NCBI GenBank assembly: GCA_018896645.1
Contig: JAHIMF010000005.1
Coordinates: forward strand, 997-64,996
Length of the DNA stretch: 64,000 bases
Source: Patescibacteria group bacterium
GTDB lineage: Bacteria > Patescibacteriota > Patescibacteriia > UBA2591 > JABMQE01
Reading direction: 5' to 3'
Positions 8,530 through 17,139 of this stretch are shown here, one piece after another. The translations under genes and the position numbers were made by a program. The stretch's first letter is position 1. Each line of letters begins with the position of its first letter. Below the pieces are notes generated by a model. The model did not search any database. It worked only from the letters and a program-made list of their open reading frames with translations, and had not been told where the DNA came from.

Positions 8530-8970
8530 ATGTATCCGACCGCTAAAAAAGAAAAAACTGAAGATAAACCCACCAATAAAGGAAAATATTTTTATGCTGT
8601 TTCTGGTCGCAAAAGTTCAAAAGCGACTAGCCGTCTTTATCCGAAAGGTAAAGGAAGGATTACGGTTAATGAAAAGGATTATAAAGAATATTTTCCTTAT
8701 TTTGAATTTCAGCAAATTGTTGAGGCCCCATTAAAATTGGTAGGTGAAGATGGTAAGATAGACCTCACGATTCGTGTCAAAGGCGGGGGTACCCGCGGCC
8801 AGGCTGAAGCAGTTAGAAGCGCAATCGCTAAATCTTTAGATAAATATAATAATGAATATCATACTTCTTTGAAAAAAGATGGTTTTTTAACAAGAGATCC
8901 GCGGAAAAAGGAAAGGAAAAAACCCGGACTTAAAGGAGCGCGAAGGGCGCCGCAGTGGGCGAAGCGGTAA
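8530..8970 (+). CDS. rpsI: 30S ribosomal protein S9
   Basis: GRKSSKATSRL...VKGGGTRGQAEAVRSAIAKSL...LTRDPRKKERKKPGLKGARRAPQWAKR. Confidence 0.93.
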   Translation: MYPTAKKEKTEDKPTNKGKYFYAVSGRKSSKATSRLYPKGKGRITVNEKDYKEYFPYFEFQQIVEAPLKLVGEDGKIDLTIRVKGGGTRGQAEAVRSAIAKSLDKYNNEYHTSLKKDGFLTRDPRKKERKKPGLKGARRAPQWAKR

Positions 8971-9003
8971 TCTTGGATTAATTAATTTACTGATATATAA
9001 TTA

Positions 9004-9025
9004 CCCCGTGCCAAGCGGGGTTTTT
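9004..9025 (+). terminator. Rho-independent terminator after rpsI (ccccgtgccaagcgggg + T5)
   Basis: GC stem followed by a T-run, immediately downstream of the rpsI stop. Confidence 0.6.
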
Positions 9026-9028
9026 GTG

Positions 9029-9037
9029 TGGTATAAT
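9029..9037 (+). promoter_or_regulatory. Extended -10 promoter element TGgTATAAT upstream of the flippase gene
   Basis: tgtggtataat about 35 nt upstream of the ATG at 9071. Confidence 0.45.
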
Positions 9038-9070
9038 GTTAGTAACTAGGGACTGATAATAAAATAATCT

Positions 9071-10516
9071 ATGAGTAAGATCGCCCGCAACACAACTTAT
9101 TTAACTGCCGCCTATGTCTTTCAAAAAGCCACGGCTTTTGTTTATTTTGCTTTGATTGCCAGGCATTTTGGCGTGGATTTGCTCGGAAAATATACGTTTT
9201 CTGTATTTTTTGTTATGCTTCTCTCAATTTTAATCGATTTGGGTCTCAATCAAGTTTTGACCAGAGAAATTGCCAAATATCCAGAAAAAACTAATGAATA
9301 TTTTGACAATATTTTTAGCTTTAAGATTTTATTGGGCATCGTGGTCTATGGCTTGGCGATTTTCTTAGTGTATGTTTTGGGGTATCCGCAGATTACTAAA
9401 AATTTGGTGATGATCACTGGCGTGATAATGTTTTTCGATGGTTTAACGCAAACCATGCATGCCACTATGCGCGGTCATCAGAATTTAAAATACGAAAGCA
9501 TTGGCACTGTAATTTATCAAACCGTGGAAATTGGAATCGGGGCTTGCGTGCTTCTTTTTCACTGGCCAATTTATGGTTTAGCAATTGCAATTTTGGGTGG
9601 TAGTTTGGGAAATTTTACTTACACGATTTCAAGAATTGTCAACGTTTTTAAAGTAAAAATCGGCATTCTTTTTGAAAAAGCCGTGATTAAAAATTTATTA
9701 CGTTTAGCTGCACCATTTTTTATTGCTGGCGTTTTTATAAAAGTTTATTCTCATATTGATTCTGTACTTTTAACTAAACTGGCCGGCGATGCTGCCATGG
9801 GATTTTACAGCGTACCGTATAAGCTCGTATTTTCATTGCAAGTCTTGCCCATGGCTTTTGGCGCCAGTGTTTATCCGGCTTTTTCGCATTATTGGCTTAA
9901 GTCTCGCGAGCTGCTTAAAAATACTTTTGAAAAATCCTTTTTCTATTTAATGGTCACGGTATTGCCAATAACATTTCGCACTATTGCATTGGCCGATCAA
10001 ATTATTGTCAAAGTGTACAGCAATCAATACGAACCTTCTATTCTCGCTTTGAAAATTTTAATTATCAGCGCTTTTTTTTCATTTTTAACTTTTCCTATTG
10101 GCGCGCTTCTCAATGCTTGCGACCGGCAGAAAACCAATACTCGCAACATTGGAATTGTTATGGTTATTAATATTGTTTTAAATTTAATACTGATACCCCG
10201 CCTTTCTTTTGTCGGCGCTAGTATTGCCGCTTTATGCAGCCAAGTCCTTCTTTTTACGTTGGGCTTGGCCTATGTTTCCGGGATTATTCATTATGACAAA
10301 AAATATTTGGGATGGTCATTTATTAAAATTGTATTAGCGAGTGCTGTAATGGGTGGTTTAGCTTATCTTGTTAAAGATCAGGTTCATGTGGTTTTTAATA
10401 TTGCAATTGCGGGGTTGGTGTATATTGGGATGATTATGGTTAGCGCCACCGTATCAAAAAGTGACATTAAAGAGATGCTCCGTTTGGCGAAATTTAAGAA
10501 AATGGATAAAATTTAG
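9071..10516 (+). CDS. Polysaccharide/O-unit flippase (Wzx-like, MOP superfamily), multi-TM
   Basis: About 12-14 predicted TM helices and a conserved polysaccharide-biosynthesis-protein N-terminus (TYLTAAYVFQKATAFVYFALIARHFG). Adjacent to a glycosyltransferase cluster. Confidence 0.75.
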   Translation: MSKIARNTTYLTAAYVFQKATAFVYFALIARHFGVDLLGKYTFSVFFVMLLSILIDLGLNQVLTREIAKYPEKTNEYFDNIFSFKILLGIVVYGLAIFLVYVLGYPQITKNLVMITGVIMFFDGLTQTMHATMRGHQNLKYESIGTVIYQTVEIGIGACVLLFHWPIYGLAIAILGGSLGNFTYTISRIVNVFKVKIGILFEKAVIKNLLRLAAPFFIAGVFIKVYSHIDSVLLTKLAGDAAMGFYSVPYKLVFSLQVLPMAFGASVYPAFSHYWLKSRELLKNTFEKSFFYLMVTVLPITFRTIALADQIIVKVYSNQYEPSILALKILIISAFFSFLTFPIGALLNACDRQKTNTRNIGIVMVINIVLNLILIPRLSFVGASIAALCSQVLLFTLGLAYVSGIIHYDKKYLGWSFIKIVLASAVMGGLAYLVKDQVHVVFNIAIAGLVYIGMIMVSATVSKSDIKEMLRLAKFKKMDKI

Positions 10517-10561
10517 CATGGAGCCATTCGCACGAATGGTTCCAGAGATAAAATATAAATT

Positions 10562-11653
10562 ATGAAGAAAATTTTACTAATTACATATTATTTTCCGCCC
10601 AAAATTGGCGGCGGCGAAGAATATCTCTATAATATATATAAACGACTGCCAGTAGATAAAGTGGTTGTTTTAGCCGATGACAAGGCGGGGAGCGCGCAGG
10701 TTAAGTTTGATAAACAGCAAAAGTTTAAAATCCATCGCACTAATTTTTTTGCTGGTAAATTGAAACCTACATGGCGGCCGCTAATAAAAATTGTCAAACT
10801 AATTATTCAAAAAGAAAATATCAAAGTCATTCATTTTGGCCATTATGCTCATTATATTTTGTTGGCCAGAATTGTGAAGCTGCCATATTTAATTTATATC
10901 CAGGGTTCTGATTTTACTTCTTATTCAAAATCTTGGTTTGGCAGGTGGCTGATGAAGTTCAACCTAAGTAAAGCAAAATTAATTATCACTACCAGTCAAT
11001 TTTTGAAGAACGGGGTTGTTGGGCTAGGCGTTGAAAATAATAAAATTGAGGTTGTGCACCCATGGTTGGATTTAGAAAAATATGATTTCAAAGCTGTCGA
11101 TGAAGGTGAGATTCGCGAATCTCACCTTCAAGTGAACGATAAAAAAATAATCCTCTCAGTCGGCCGCCTTCACAAAGTTAAAGGATTTGATTTAGTAATC
11201 AAGGCCTTGCCAAAAATTTTAAAACAAATCCCTAATGCAATTTATGTTATTGTTGGAGACGGCCAAGAAAAGGAGAATCTAAAAAATTTGGCTGTCAAAC
11301 AAAATATCGCAGACAAAGTTATTTTTGCCGGTGAAATTAAAAATAAAAAAGAACTTTCAAAATATTACGGGTCAGCCGATGTTTACGCTGGTCCATCAAG
11401 AGCAGAAGGATTCGGCATTGTTTTTCTGGAAGCCCGGGCATTTAGTTTGCCAATTGTGGCGAGTGATGTTGGGGGAGTGAAAGAGGCGGTTGAAGATGGG
11501 GGAGTGTTGATTAAGTCGGAAGATGTAGAAGATTTGAGTCAGAATATTGTAAAAGTTCTCAAAGAAAATAAAAAATATGAGCCGGATAAAAATTTTGATT
11601 GGGATAAAAAAATGGAAAAAATAAAAGAAATACTTTATGAAAATACGGTATGA
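10562..11653 (+). CDS. Glycosyltransferase family 4 (GT-B, RfaB-like)
   Basis: EGFGIVFLEARAFSLPIVASDVGGVKEAV matches the GT4 E-x7-E region. Confidence 0.85.
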   Translation: MKKILLITYYFPPKIGGGEEYLYNIYKRLPVDKVVVLADDKAGSAQVKFDKQQKFKIHRTNFFAGKLKPTWRPLIKIVKLIIQKENIKVIHFGHYAHYILLARIVKLPYLIYIQGSDFTSYSKSWFGRWLMKFNLSKAKLIITTSQFLKNGVVGLGVENNKIEVVHPWLDLEKYDFKAVDEGEIRESHLQVNDKKIILSVGRLHKVKGFDLVIKALPKILKQIPNAIYVIVGDGQEKENLKNLAVKQNIADKVIFAGEIKNKKELSKYYGSADVYAGPSRAEGFGIVFLEARAFSLPIVASDVGGVKEAVEDGGVLIKSEDVEDLSQNIVKVLKENKKYEPDKNFDWDKKMEKIKEILYENTV

Positions 11654-11701
11654 CCGTTTGGACGGTCATACTATACTAAATATTAAAATCCAAAAGTTCC
11701 T

Positions 11702-12022
11702 ATGCCTTATTACAACATTCGAAAACTCCAAGGAAAACATCAAAAAATCGTACTGAATGAATTCTATAAAGCAGTGGCTAGCCTAAAAACCAAAAAGGAA
11801 GTGGAAAAATTCTTTGCCGAACTCCTAGAACTTACAGAAATTACCATGCTCTCACGTCGCTTGATAGCCGCCGAAAAACTTTATCAAGGCAAAACCTTTG
11901 ACAAAGTAGCCCAAGAATTAAAGATGGGTAAAGATACAGTTACCAAGGTTAGTCACTGGCTTCAAGAAGGAGAAGGTTATAAATTAGTAGTTAAGAGGTT
12001 GAAAAAGTCTAAAAAGAAGTGA
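11702..12022 (+). CDS. YerC/YecD-like (Trp-repressor-related) small DNA-binding protein
   Basis: KEVEKFFAELLELTEITMLSRRLIAAEKLYQGKTFDKVAQELKMGKDTVTKVSHWL resembles the YerC/TrpR-like HTH fold. Confidence 0.5.
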   Translation: MPYYNIRKLQGKHQKIVLNEFYKAVASLKTKKEVEKFFAELLELTEITMLSRRLIAAEKLYQGKTFDKVAQELKMGKDTVTKVSHWLQEGEGYKLVVKRLKKSKKK

Positions 12023-12300
12023 AAGAATTTTAAACTATAATGAATTACCCCGCCGCCATTCGGCCTGAGCTCATAGCCGAAGGCAAGCGGACGGGGTATT
12101 AAAAATTCCCAATAAACTATAATATGACCGTCCAAACGGTCATACTATAAAGCTATGTTAATTTTGGTTTGATAGTTTGGACTGTCATACTATAATTATT
12201 TTAAAAAACTACTGAACTAATCACCTGAATAGTTCATTGCTAAAAATAAAAAAATCCCAATCCGTGAAAGTAAATTGGGACAAAATAATAGCGGGTATTA

Positions 12301-12507
12301 TCAAGTGGATTGTATTTTATGCATTAAAGTATCGCGACATGACCGTTTAAACCAGAAAGGGCCCAGAAACGCAAAGGCTAATTTGGTCTTCCTGTCATCT
12401 GCATTGGGATAATACCCCATAGATTCTTGATAAAGGGTTCCCCCTATAGAAATGGCAACCCAAAGAACAAGTATCACAGTGGCTATGATAGAGTATAATA
12501 ACCACAT
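12301..12507 (-). CDS. Small hypothetical membrane protein (68 aa, one TM)
   Basis: TM segment LLYSIIATVILVLWVAISIGG; a hairpin plus T-run terminator (cccaatccgtgaaagtaaattggg, about 12252-12280) lies downstream on the minus strand. Confidence 0.35.
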   Translation of the reverse strand: MWLLYSIIATVILVLWVAISIGGTLYQESMGYYPNADDRKTKLAFAFLGPFWFKRSCRDTLMHKIQST

Positions 12508-12582
12508 AGCTGTTCCCCCTTTGATAGTTTGAATGTTTTGTTATTTGTTGTTTATTTAAAACATTCCCTAAATAAATATTAC

Positions 12583-13392
12583 ATGGCAATTCAATTTATG
12601 TCAACTCCCATAATCTCCATCATCATCCCAACCTATAACAGCGCCCAAACTTTGCCAAAATGTTTGGAATGTATTTTTAATTTACCCTGTACCCAAGCAA
12701 AGCAAGTGGTTCAGGGTCAGACTTATAAAAATTTAGAGGTGATTGTGGTTAATGACGGATCAACGGATGAGACAATGGAGGTTTTGAAAGAATATAAATT
12801 GGGTAGCGATGGGTCCCTTGACCCATCGCGAGAGGTCGGGTCAAGGGACCCGACCCACCCGGTGAAAGTTATCCACCAACAAAACCAAGGCGCGCCAGCC
12901 GCCAGGAACAGGGGATTTAAAGAATCAAAAGGCGAATATTTACTTTTTGTTGATGCTGATGTTTATTTAAAACCAAGTTGCATCCAGAAAATGTACCAAA
13001 CTTTGCAAAAATATCCAGAAGCGGCTTATGCTTATTCGTCATTCAGATGGGGCTGGAAAAAATTTAAACTCTGGAAATTTGACGCAGAAAAACTCAAACA
13101 AATGCCTTATATCCACACTTGTTCTTTAATTCGCCGTGAAGCCTTTCCTGTCTCTGGTTGGGACAAATCACTCAAAAGATTCCAGGATTGGGATCTTTGG
13201 CTGACAATGTTGGAAAGTGGTCATCCGGGTATCTGGATTCCGGAAGTTTTATTTACCACCTCAACCAAAAAAAATACCATAAGTTCGTGGATACCGAGAT
13301 TTATTTATAATCACCTTTCATGGCTTGACAAAAAAAGAGTGGATGCGTATAATAAAGCTAAGGGTATCATTTTTAAAAAACATGGATTATGA
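12583..13392 (+). CDS. Glycosyltransferase family 2 with a GC-rich palindromic in-frame insert of about 20 aa
   Basis: PIISIIIPTYNSAQTLPKCLECIF, VNDGSTDET and the DAD motif (LFVDADVYL). The insert LGSDGSLDPSREVGSRDPTHP is encoded by gggtcccttgaccc...gggtcaagggaccc. Confidence 0.85.
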   Translation: MAIQFMSTPIISIIIPTYNSAQTLPKCLECIFNLPCTQAKQVVQGQTYKNLEVIVVNDGSTDETMEVLKEYKLGSDGSLDPSREVGSRDPTHPVKVIHQQNQGAPAARNRGFKESKGEYLLFVDADVYLKPSCIQKMYQTLQKYPEAAYAYSSFRWGWKKFKLWKFDAEKLKQMPYIHTCSLIRREAFPVSGWDKSLKRFQDWDLWLTMLESGHPGIWIPEVLFTTSTKKNTISSWIPRFIYNHLSWLDKKRVDAYNKAKGIIFKKHGL

Positions 13393-13634
13393 AAGAAACT
13401 AAAATTTATAAATACACAGCTATTTTTGAGCCGGCACAAGAGGGTGGCTATATTGTTAGAGTACCCATGCTCCCTGGTTGCCGAACCCAAGGTGAAACTT
13501 TTGAAGAAGCAAAGAAAATGATTAAAGATGCTATTAAATCCTATCTCACAGTTTTAAAAGAGGATGGCGATAGAATACCCAAGGAAGAAGAGGAATTGAT
13601 TGAGACCAGAATAGCTGTGCCTGTACAAATTTGA
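13389..13634 (+). CDS. hicB: HicB-family antitoxin
   Basis: YTAIFEPAQEGGYIVRVPMLPGCRTQGETFEEAKKMIKDAIKSYL is typical HicB/UPF0150; its start overlaps the GT2 stop (ATGA). Confidence 0.8.
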   Translation: MKETKIYKYTAIFEPAQEGGYIVRVPMLPGCRTQGETFEEAKKMIKDAIKSYLTVLKEDGDRIPKEEEELIETRIAVPVQI

Positions 13635-13635
13635 T

Positions 13636-13863
13636 ATGAGTTCAAAACTCCCTTCAGTAAAACCCAAAGAGCTTATAAAAGCCCTACTAAAGTTAGGATT
13701 TATAAAACGCCGTCAAACAGGGAGCCATTTAGTGATGCGCCATCCCCAGACAAAAGAAATAGTTATAATTGCGATTCATCCAAGAGATCTTAAGAGAGGA
13801 TTTTTAAAAGATACATTAAATCAATTGGGAATATCAGTGGAGGAGTTTAGAAAACTAAAATAG
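13636..13863 (+). CDS. hicA: HicA-family mRNA-interferase toxin
   Basis: KELIKALLKLGFIKRRQTGSHLVMRHPQTKEIVIIAIHP is a YcfA/HicA fold; 1-nt gap after hicB. Confidence 0.8.
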   Translation: MSSKLPSVKPKELIKALLKLGFIKRRQTGSHLVMRHPQTKEIVIIAIHPRDLKRGFLKDTLNQLGISVEEFRKLK

Positions 13864-13907
13864 ATTTCCCCCTTTTTTCTGGGAGGTGAGAATAAGATAG
13901 GGAAAAG

Positions 13908-13957
13908 AAAAGCCGCCTATTAGTCATTCCGAATAGGCGGCTTTTCTTTTTCCTAAA
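13908..13957 (+). terminator. Rho-independent terminator after hicA (aaaagccgcctattagtcattccgaataggcggctttt + T-run)
   Basis: Perfect 13-bp stem followed by ttctttttcc. Confidence 0.8.
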
Positions 13958-13976
13958 AATCCGCTAAAATAGGGTT

Positions 13977-14924
13977 ATGAATGAAAAAGTTGATTTATCT
14001 ATAATTATTGTTTCTTGGAATGTCAAGGAATTGCTTAAAAAGTGCCTTGGCTCTATTTATAATAATCAAGGTGATTTGAAGCTTGAAATTTTTGTGGTTG
14101 ATAATGCGTCTAAAGATGGAAGCATCGAAGAAATTGAGAAACTAAGCCAGCCAGAGGCTGGTCAGCCTTTGGCTGAAAATAAAGAAATAAAGGACTTGAA
14201 TTTGAAAATTATTAAGAATAAGAAGAATTTGGGCTTTACTAAGGCGAATAATCAGGCGATAAAAAGAGCTCAAGGCGAATTTATTTTATTATTAAATCCA
14301 GATGCCGAGGTAATTAATGGCGCCTTGGAAAAGATGGTTGAGTTTATGCGTGAGCATAAAAAGTGCGGAGTGGCGGGGTGTAAATTATTGAATTCTGATG
14401 AGAGTCTGCAGCCATCAGTGCGAAGATTCCCAACATTTTGGTCGCAGGCGATGATAATGTTAAAATTGCATCATTTGTTTCCCAATGCCGGACCAATAAA
14501 AAAATATTTTGCCAAGGATTTTGATTATCGAGGTATGGGTCAAGGGACCCATACCTACCCGTGCGACCAAGTCATGGGCGCTTTTTTTATGATTCGGCGC
14601 GAGGTGATTGAAAAAATTGGAATGCTTGATGAAAATTTCTTTATTTGGTTTGAAGAAGTTGATTTTTGTAAACGGGTTAAAGATGCTGGCTGGCAAGTTT
14701 GCTATACACCGGAAGCCGAGATAATCCATCATGGCGCTCAAAGTTTTAAGCAAGTGTTGAGTTTTAAAAAACAACGAATGTTTAATCGAAGCTTGCTATA
14801 CTATTTCAAGAAGCATAAACCCTGGTGGCAATGGTTGGGGTTGATGTTGCTACAGCCAATAAGTTTAGGGTTGTCGGTGATAATTCAAATATTTGCTAAA
14901 AAAAGTAATAAAGTAATCGAGTAA
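13977..14924 (+). CDS. Glycosyltransferase family 2
   Basis: LSIIIVSWNVKELLKKCLGSI...FVVDNASKDGS...LLLNPDAEV; contains the palindrome gtatgggtcaagggacccatac at about 14533-14556. Confidence 0.85.
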   Translation: MNEKVDLSIIIVSWNVKELLKKCLGSIYNNQGDLKLEIFVVDNASKDGSIEEIEKLSQPEAGQPLAENKEIKDLNLKIIKNKKNLGFTKANNQAIKRAQGEFILLLNPDAEVINGALEKMVEFMREHKKCGVAGCKLLNSDESLQPSVRRFPTFWSQAMIMLKLHHLFPNAGPIKKYFAKDFDYRGMGQGTHTYPCDQVMGAFFMIRREVIEKIGMLDENFFIWFEEVDFCKRVKDAGWQVCYTPEAEIIHHGAQSFKQVLSFKKQRMFNRSLLYYFKKHKPWWQWLGLMLLQPISLGLSVIIQIFAKKSNKVIE

Positions 14925-14991
14925 TCAGGTAATAAGGTCGAGAATTTATTATGTACCAGATTACTTTATTACTTTTTTACTCAATTATTTT

Positions 14992-16578
14992 ATGTTTGGA
15001 CAATTTTTTAAGAAAACATTACTTTTTGTTATTTTAGCAGAGCTTTTTTCATTGCTCGCTTTTTTGGTTCTCCAATTCATGCCTTTTGCCTTTTGGATTT
15101 TGGTGGGTTTATTTTTCATAATCTGTCTTTGGAAAATAGAGTATGGGTTATACCTGCTGTTAGCCGAGCTTTTTATTGGCTCCAAAGGTTATTTATTTTT
15201 TTATGAAGTGGGCGGTGTTCTCGTTTCAATTCGAATCGCTCTTTTTTTGGTGTTTATGGCGGTCTGGTTAAGTAAGACACTGATAGCCACGGATTTCATA
15301 CGGATAGCCACAGATCACGGATTTAAACTGACAAAATTCCATATTTTCAATAAAAGAATTATTCCAGCCAAAGGCTGGTCCGCCTCTGGCGGAACTTATT
15401 ACTTATTACTTATTACTTTTATAGTAATCGGATTAGCCAATGGATTACTACGAACTAGTCCATTCAACGATGTCTTTTTTGACTTTAACGCTTGGGTCTA
15501 CTTTGCCTTGTTCATACCATTTTTAGATATTATTAGGTCTCAAAAAGTTATAAATAACATTATCCAGATTTTCATCGCAGCCATTACCTGGATAGCCGTG
15601 AAGACAATAGTGGTATTTTATCTATTTGGTCATCAGTTTTTTAATATCACTCCATTTTACAAATGGCTTCGGGATTCCGGAGTGGGGGAGATAACTTTGA
15701 TGGCTGGTAATTTTTATCGAGTGTTTTTCCAGTCGCAGATTTTTATAATTATTGGCGCGATGTTACTTGTTGGTTTGTTAATTTATAATGTTAGGACTAA
15801 TAAAAGAAATTTATTACTTTATTATCAGCCAAAGGCTGACCAGCCTCTGGGTGGCTTTATTACTTTATTACTTTTTACTTCTATAATCATCAGTTTTGCG
15901 CGAAGTTTTTGGGTGGGCTGGATTGCTGGTTTGGGCCTACTCTTTTTATATTTAATATTGAAGGAAAAATTTTCTTGGCCAATGATTCTTAAAACAGTTG
16001 GAGCATTTTTGGTTTTTCTGATCATTTCGTCAGGAATAATTTTTGGAATCATGAAACTCCCGCCAAAAACAAGCAACAATGCTTCTTTTGCTAGCTTGGT
16101 TGAAAAGCGGGTTTCCACTATTGAAGCCGCTGGTTCAAGCCGAATAAATTTGCTAAAACCGCTTCTGCAAGAAAATTTAAAACATCCAATTTTGGGTGCT
16201 GGTTTTGGCGCCACGGTGACTTACCAAAGCAATGACCCGCGGATTAGAACCGAGCTTAATCCAGAGGGTTGGTATACAACTTATGCTTTTGAATGGGGAT
16301 ATTTGGACATTTGGTTAAAAATAGGGATTATCGGACTGGCTGTATATTTATTATTTATTTTGATGATTATGAAACAAGGACTGAAAAAGTTTAAGGGAAT
16401 TGAGAATAATGGTTTGAATAAGGGAGTGTGTTTAGGATTATTGGCGGGGATGGCTGTTTTACTAGTTATTAATATCTTTAGTCCTTATTTAAATCATCCC
16501 TTGGGGATCGGGTATATTTTGTTGTGCGGGGCGATATTTACATCATTGAAAAGTAAGGTGGACTATTCGGGCGAATAG
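14992..16578 (+). CDS. O-antigen polymerase/ligase-like (Wzy/WaaL family) polytopic membrane protein
   Basis: About 12 TM helices with a large periplasmic loop; sits within the glycosyltransferase cluster. Confidence 0.6.
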   Translation: MFGQFFKKTLLFVILAELFSLLAFLVLQFMPFAFWILVGLFFIICLWKIEYGLYLLLAELFIGSKGYLFFYEVGGVLVSIRIALFLVFMAVWLSKTLIATDFIRIATDHGFKLTKFHIFNKRIIPAKGWSASGGTYYLLLITFIVIGLANGLLRTSPFNDVFFDFNAWVYFALFIPFLDIIRSQKVINNIIQIFIAAITWIAVKTIVVFYLFGHQFFNITPFYKWLRDSGVGEITLMAGNFYRVFFQSQIFIIIGAMLLVGLLIYNVRTNKRNLLLYYQPKADQPLGGFITLLLFTSIIISFARSFWVGWIAGLGLLFLYLILKEKFSWPMILKTVGAFLVFLIISSGIIFGIMKLPPKTSNNASFASLVEKRVSTIEAAGSSRINLLKPLLQENLKHPILGAGFGATVTYQSNDPRIRTELNPEGWYTTYAFEWGYLDIWLKIGIIGLAVYLLFILMIMKQGLKKFKGIENNGLNKGVCLGLLAGMAVLLVINIFSPYLNHPLGIGYILLCGAIFTSLKSKVDYSGE

Positions 16579-16735
16579 TCCACTGATAAATTTTACGGTT
16601 TGACGGTTTGAACTGTCATGCCGAAAAAATTTGACCGTTTGGACGGTCATAGTATAGTTATGCAATTTGACATAATGAACCATCATACCGTTAAATTTTT
16701 GCAAAAAGAAAAAGGAACCATTCGCGCGAATGGTT
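16559..16735. repeat. Cluster of palindromic repeats: ggactattcgggcgaatagtcc, (t)gaccgtttggacggtcat x2, ggaaccattcgcgcgaatggttcc
   Basis: Perfect palindromes visible in the sequence. The same families recur at 10520, 11651, 12125, 58858, 61001 and 61339. Confidence 0.7.
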
Positions 16736-16748
16736 CCATGCTCATTAT

Positions 16749-17059
16749 TTATAAAATGAGATCAATCCGTGATAATACTTGCTTTATTGATAAATTCATC
16801 CCAGTGATGAGTTTTAAAAATTCCTTTGATGCCCTCCACATCTTCCGTGAAATTTTTCGGAAGTTGCCAGCCCCTTTCATGAACGTAAATAAACCCCATC
16901 TTTTCATATATCTATCCCCGGATTCACTCCTTTCCACCCCTGGTGTAGCAGGTTGTAAGGCGTGCCTTTCGGTAATATGATACCCGCATCATGACTCAAA
17001 TTATCTGGTCTATAAGAACAAACGCAAAACATGGTTTCTTCTTCTAATCTTCGTCTCAT
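16749..17059 (-). pseudogene. Possible frameshifted gene remnant in the 560-nt gap between the polymerase and the next GT2
   Basis: Minus strand: ATG about 17059 gives MRRRLEEETMFCVCSYRPDNLSHDAGIILPKGTPYNLLHQGWKGVNPGIDI then a stop. An overlapping second frame continues as ...YMKRWGLFTFMKGAGNFRKISRKMWRASKEFLKLITGMNLSIKQVLSRIDLIL. No family recognised. Confidence 0.25.
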
Positions 17060-17139
17060 TTTGTGTTCCCCTAAGTTTGATTATAGAGTGTACTATATGG
17101 ACTATTATCGTATTATTATACTAAATCAATTCTCAAAAA

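Noticed and set aside
16618-16980. 120-aa + strand ORF in the polymerase-GT2 gap
   Set aside because: Runs straight through three palindromic repeat copies, has no RBS and no recognisable protein features; the gap is better explained as repeats plus a decayed minus-strand gene.
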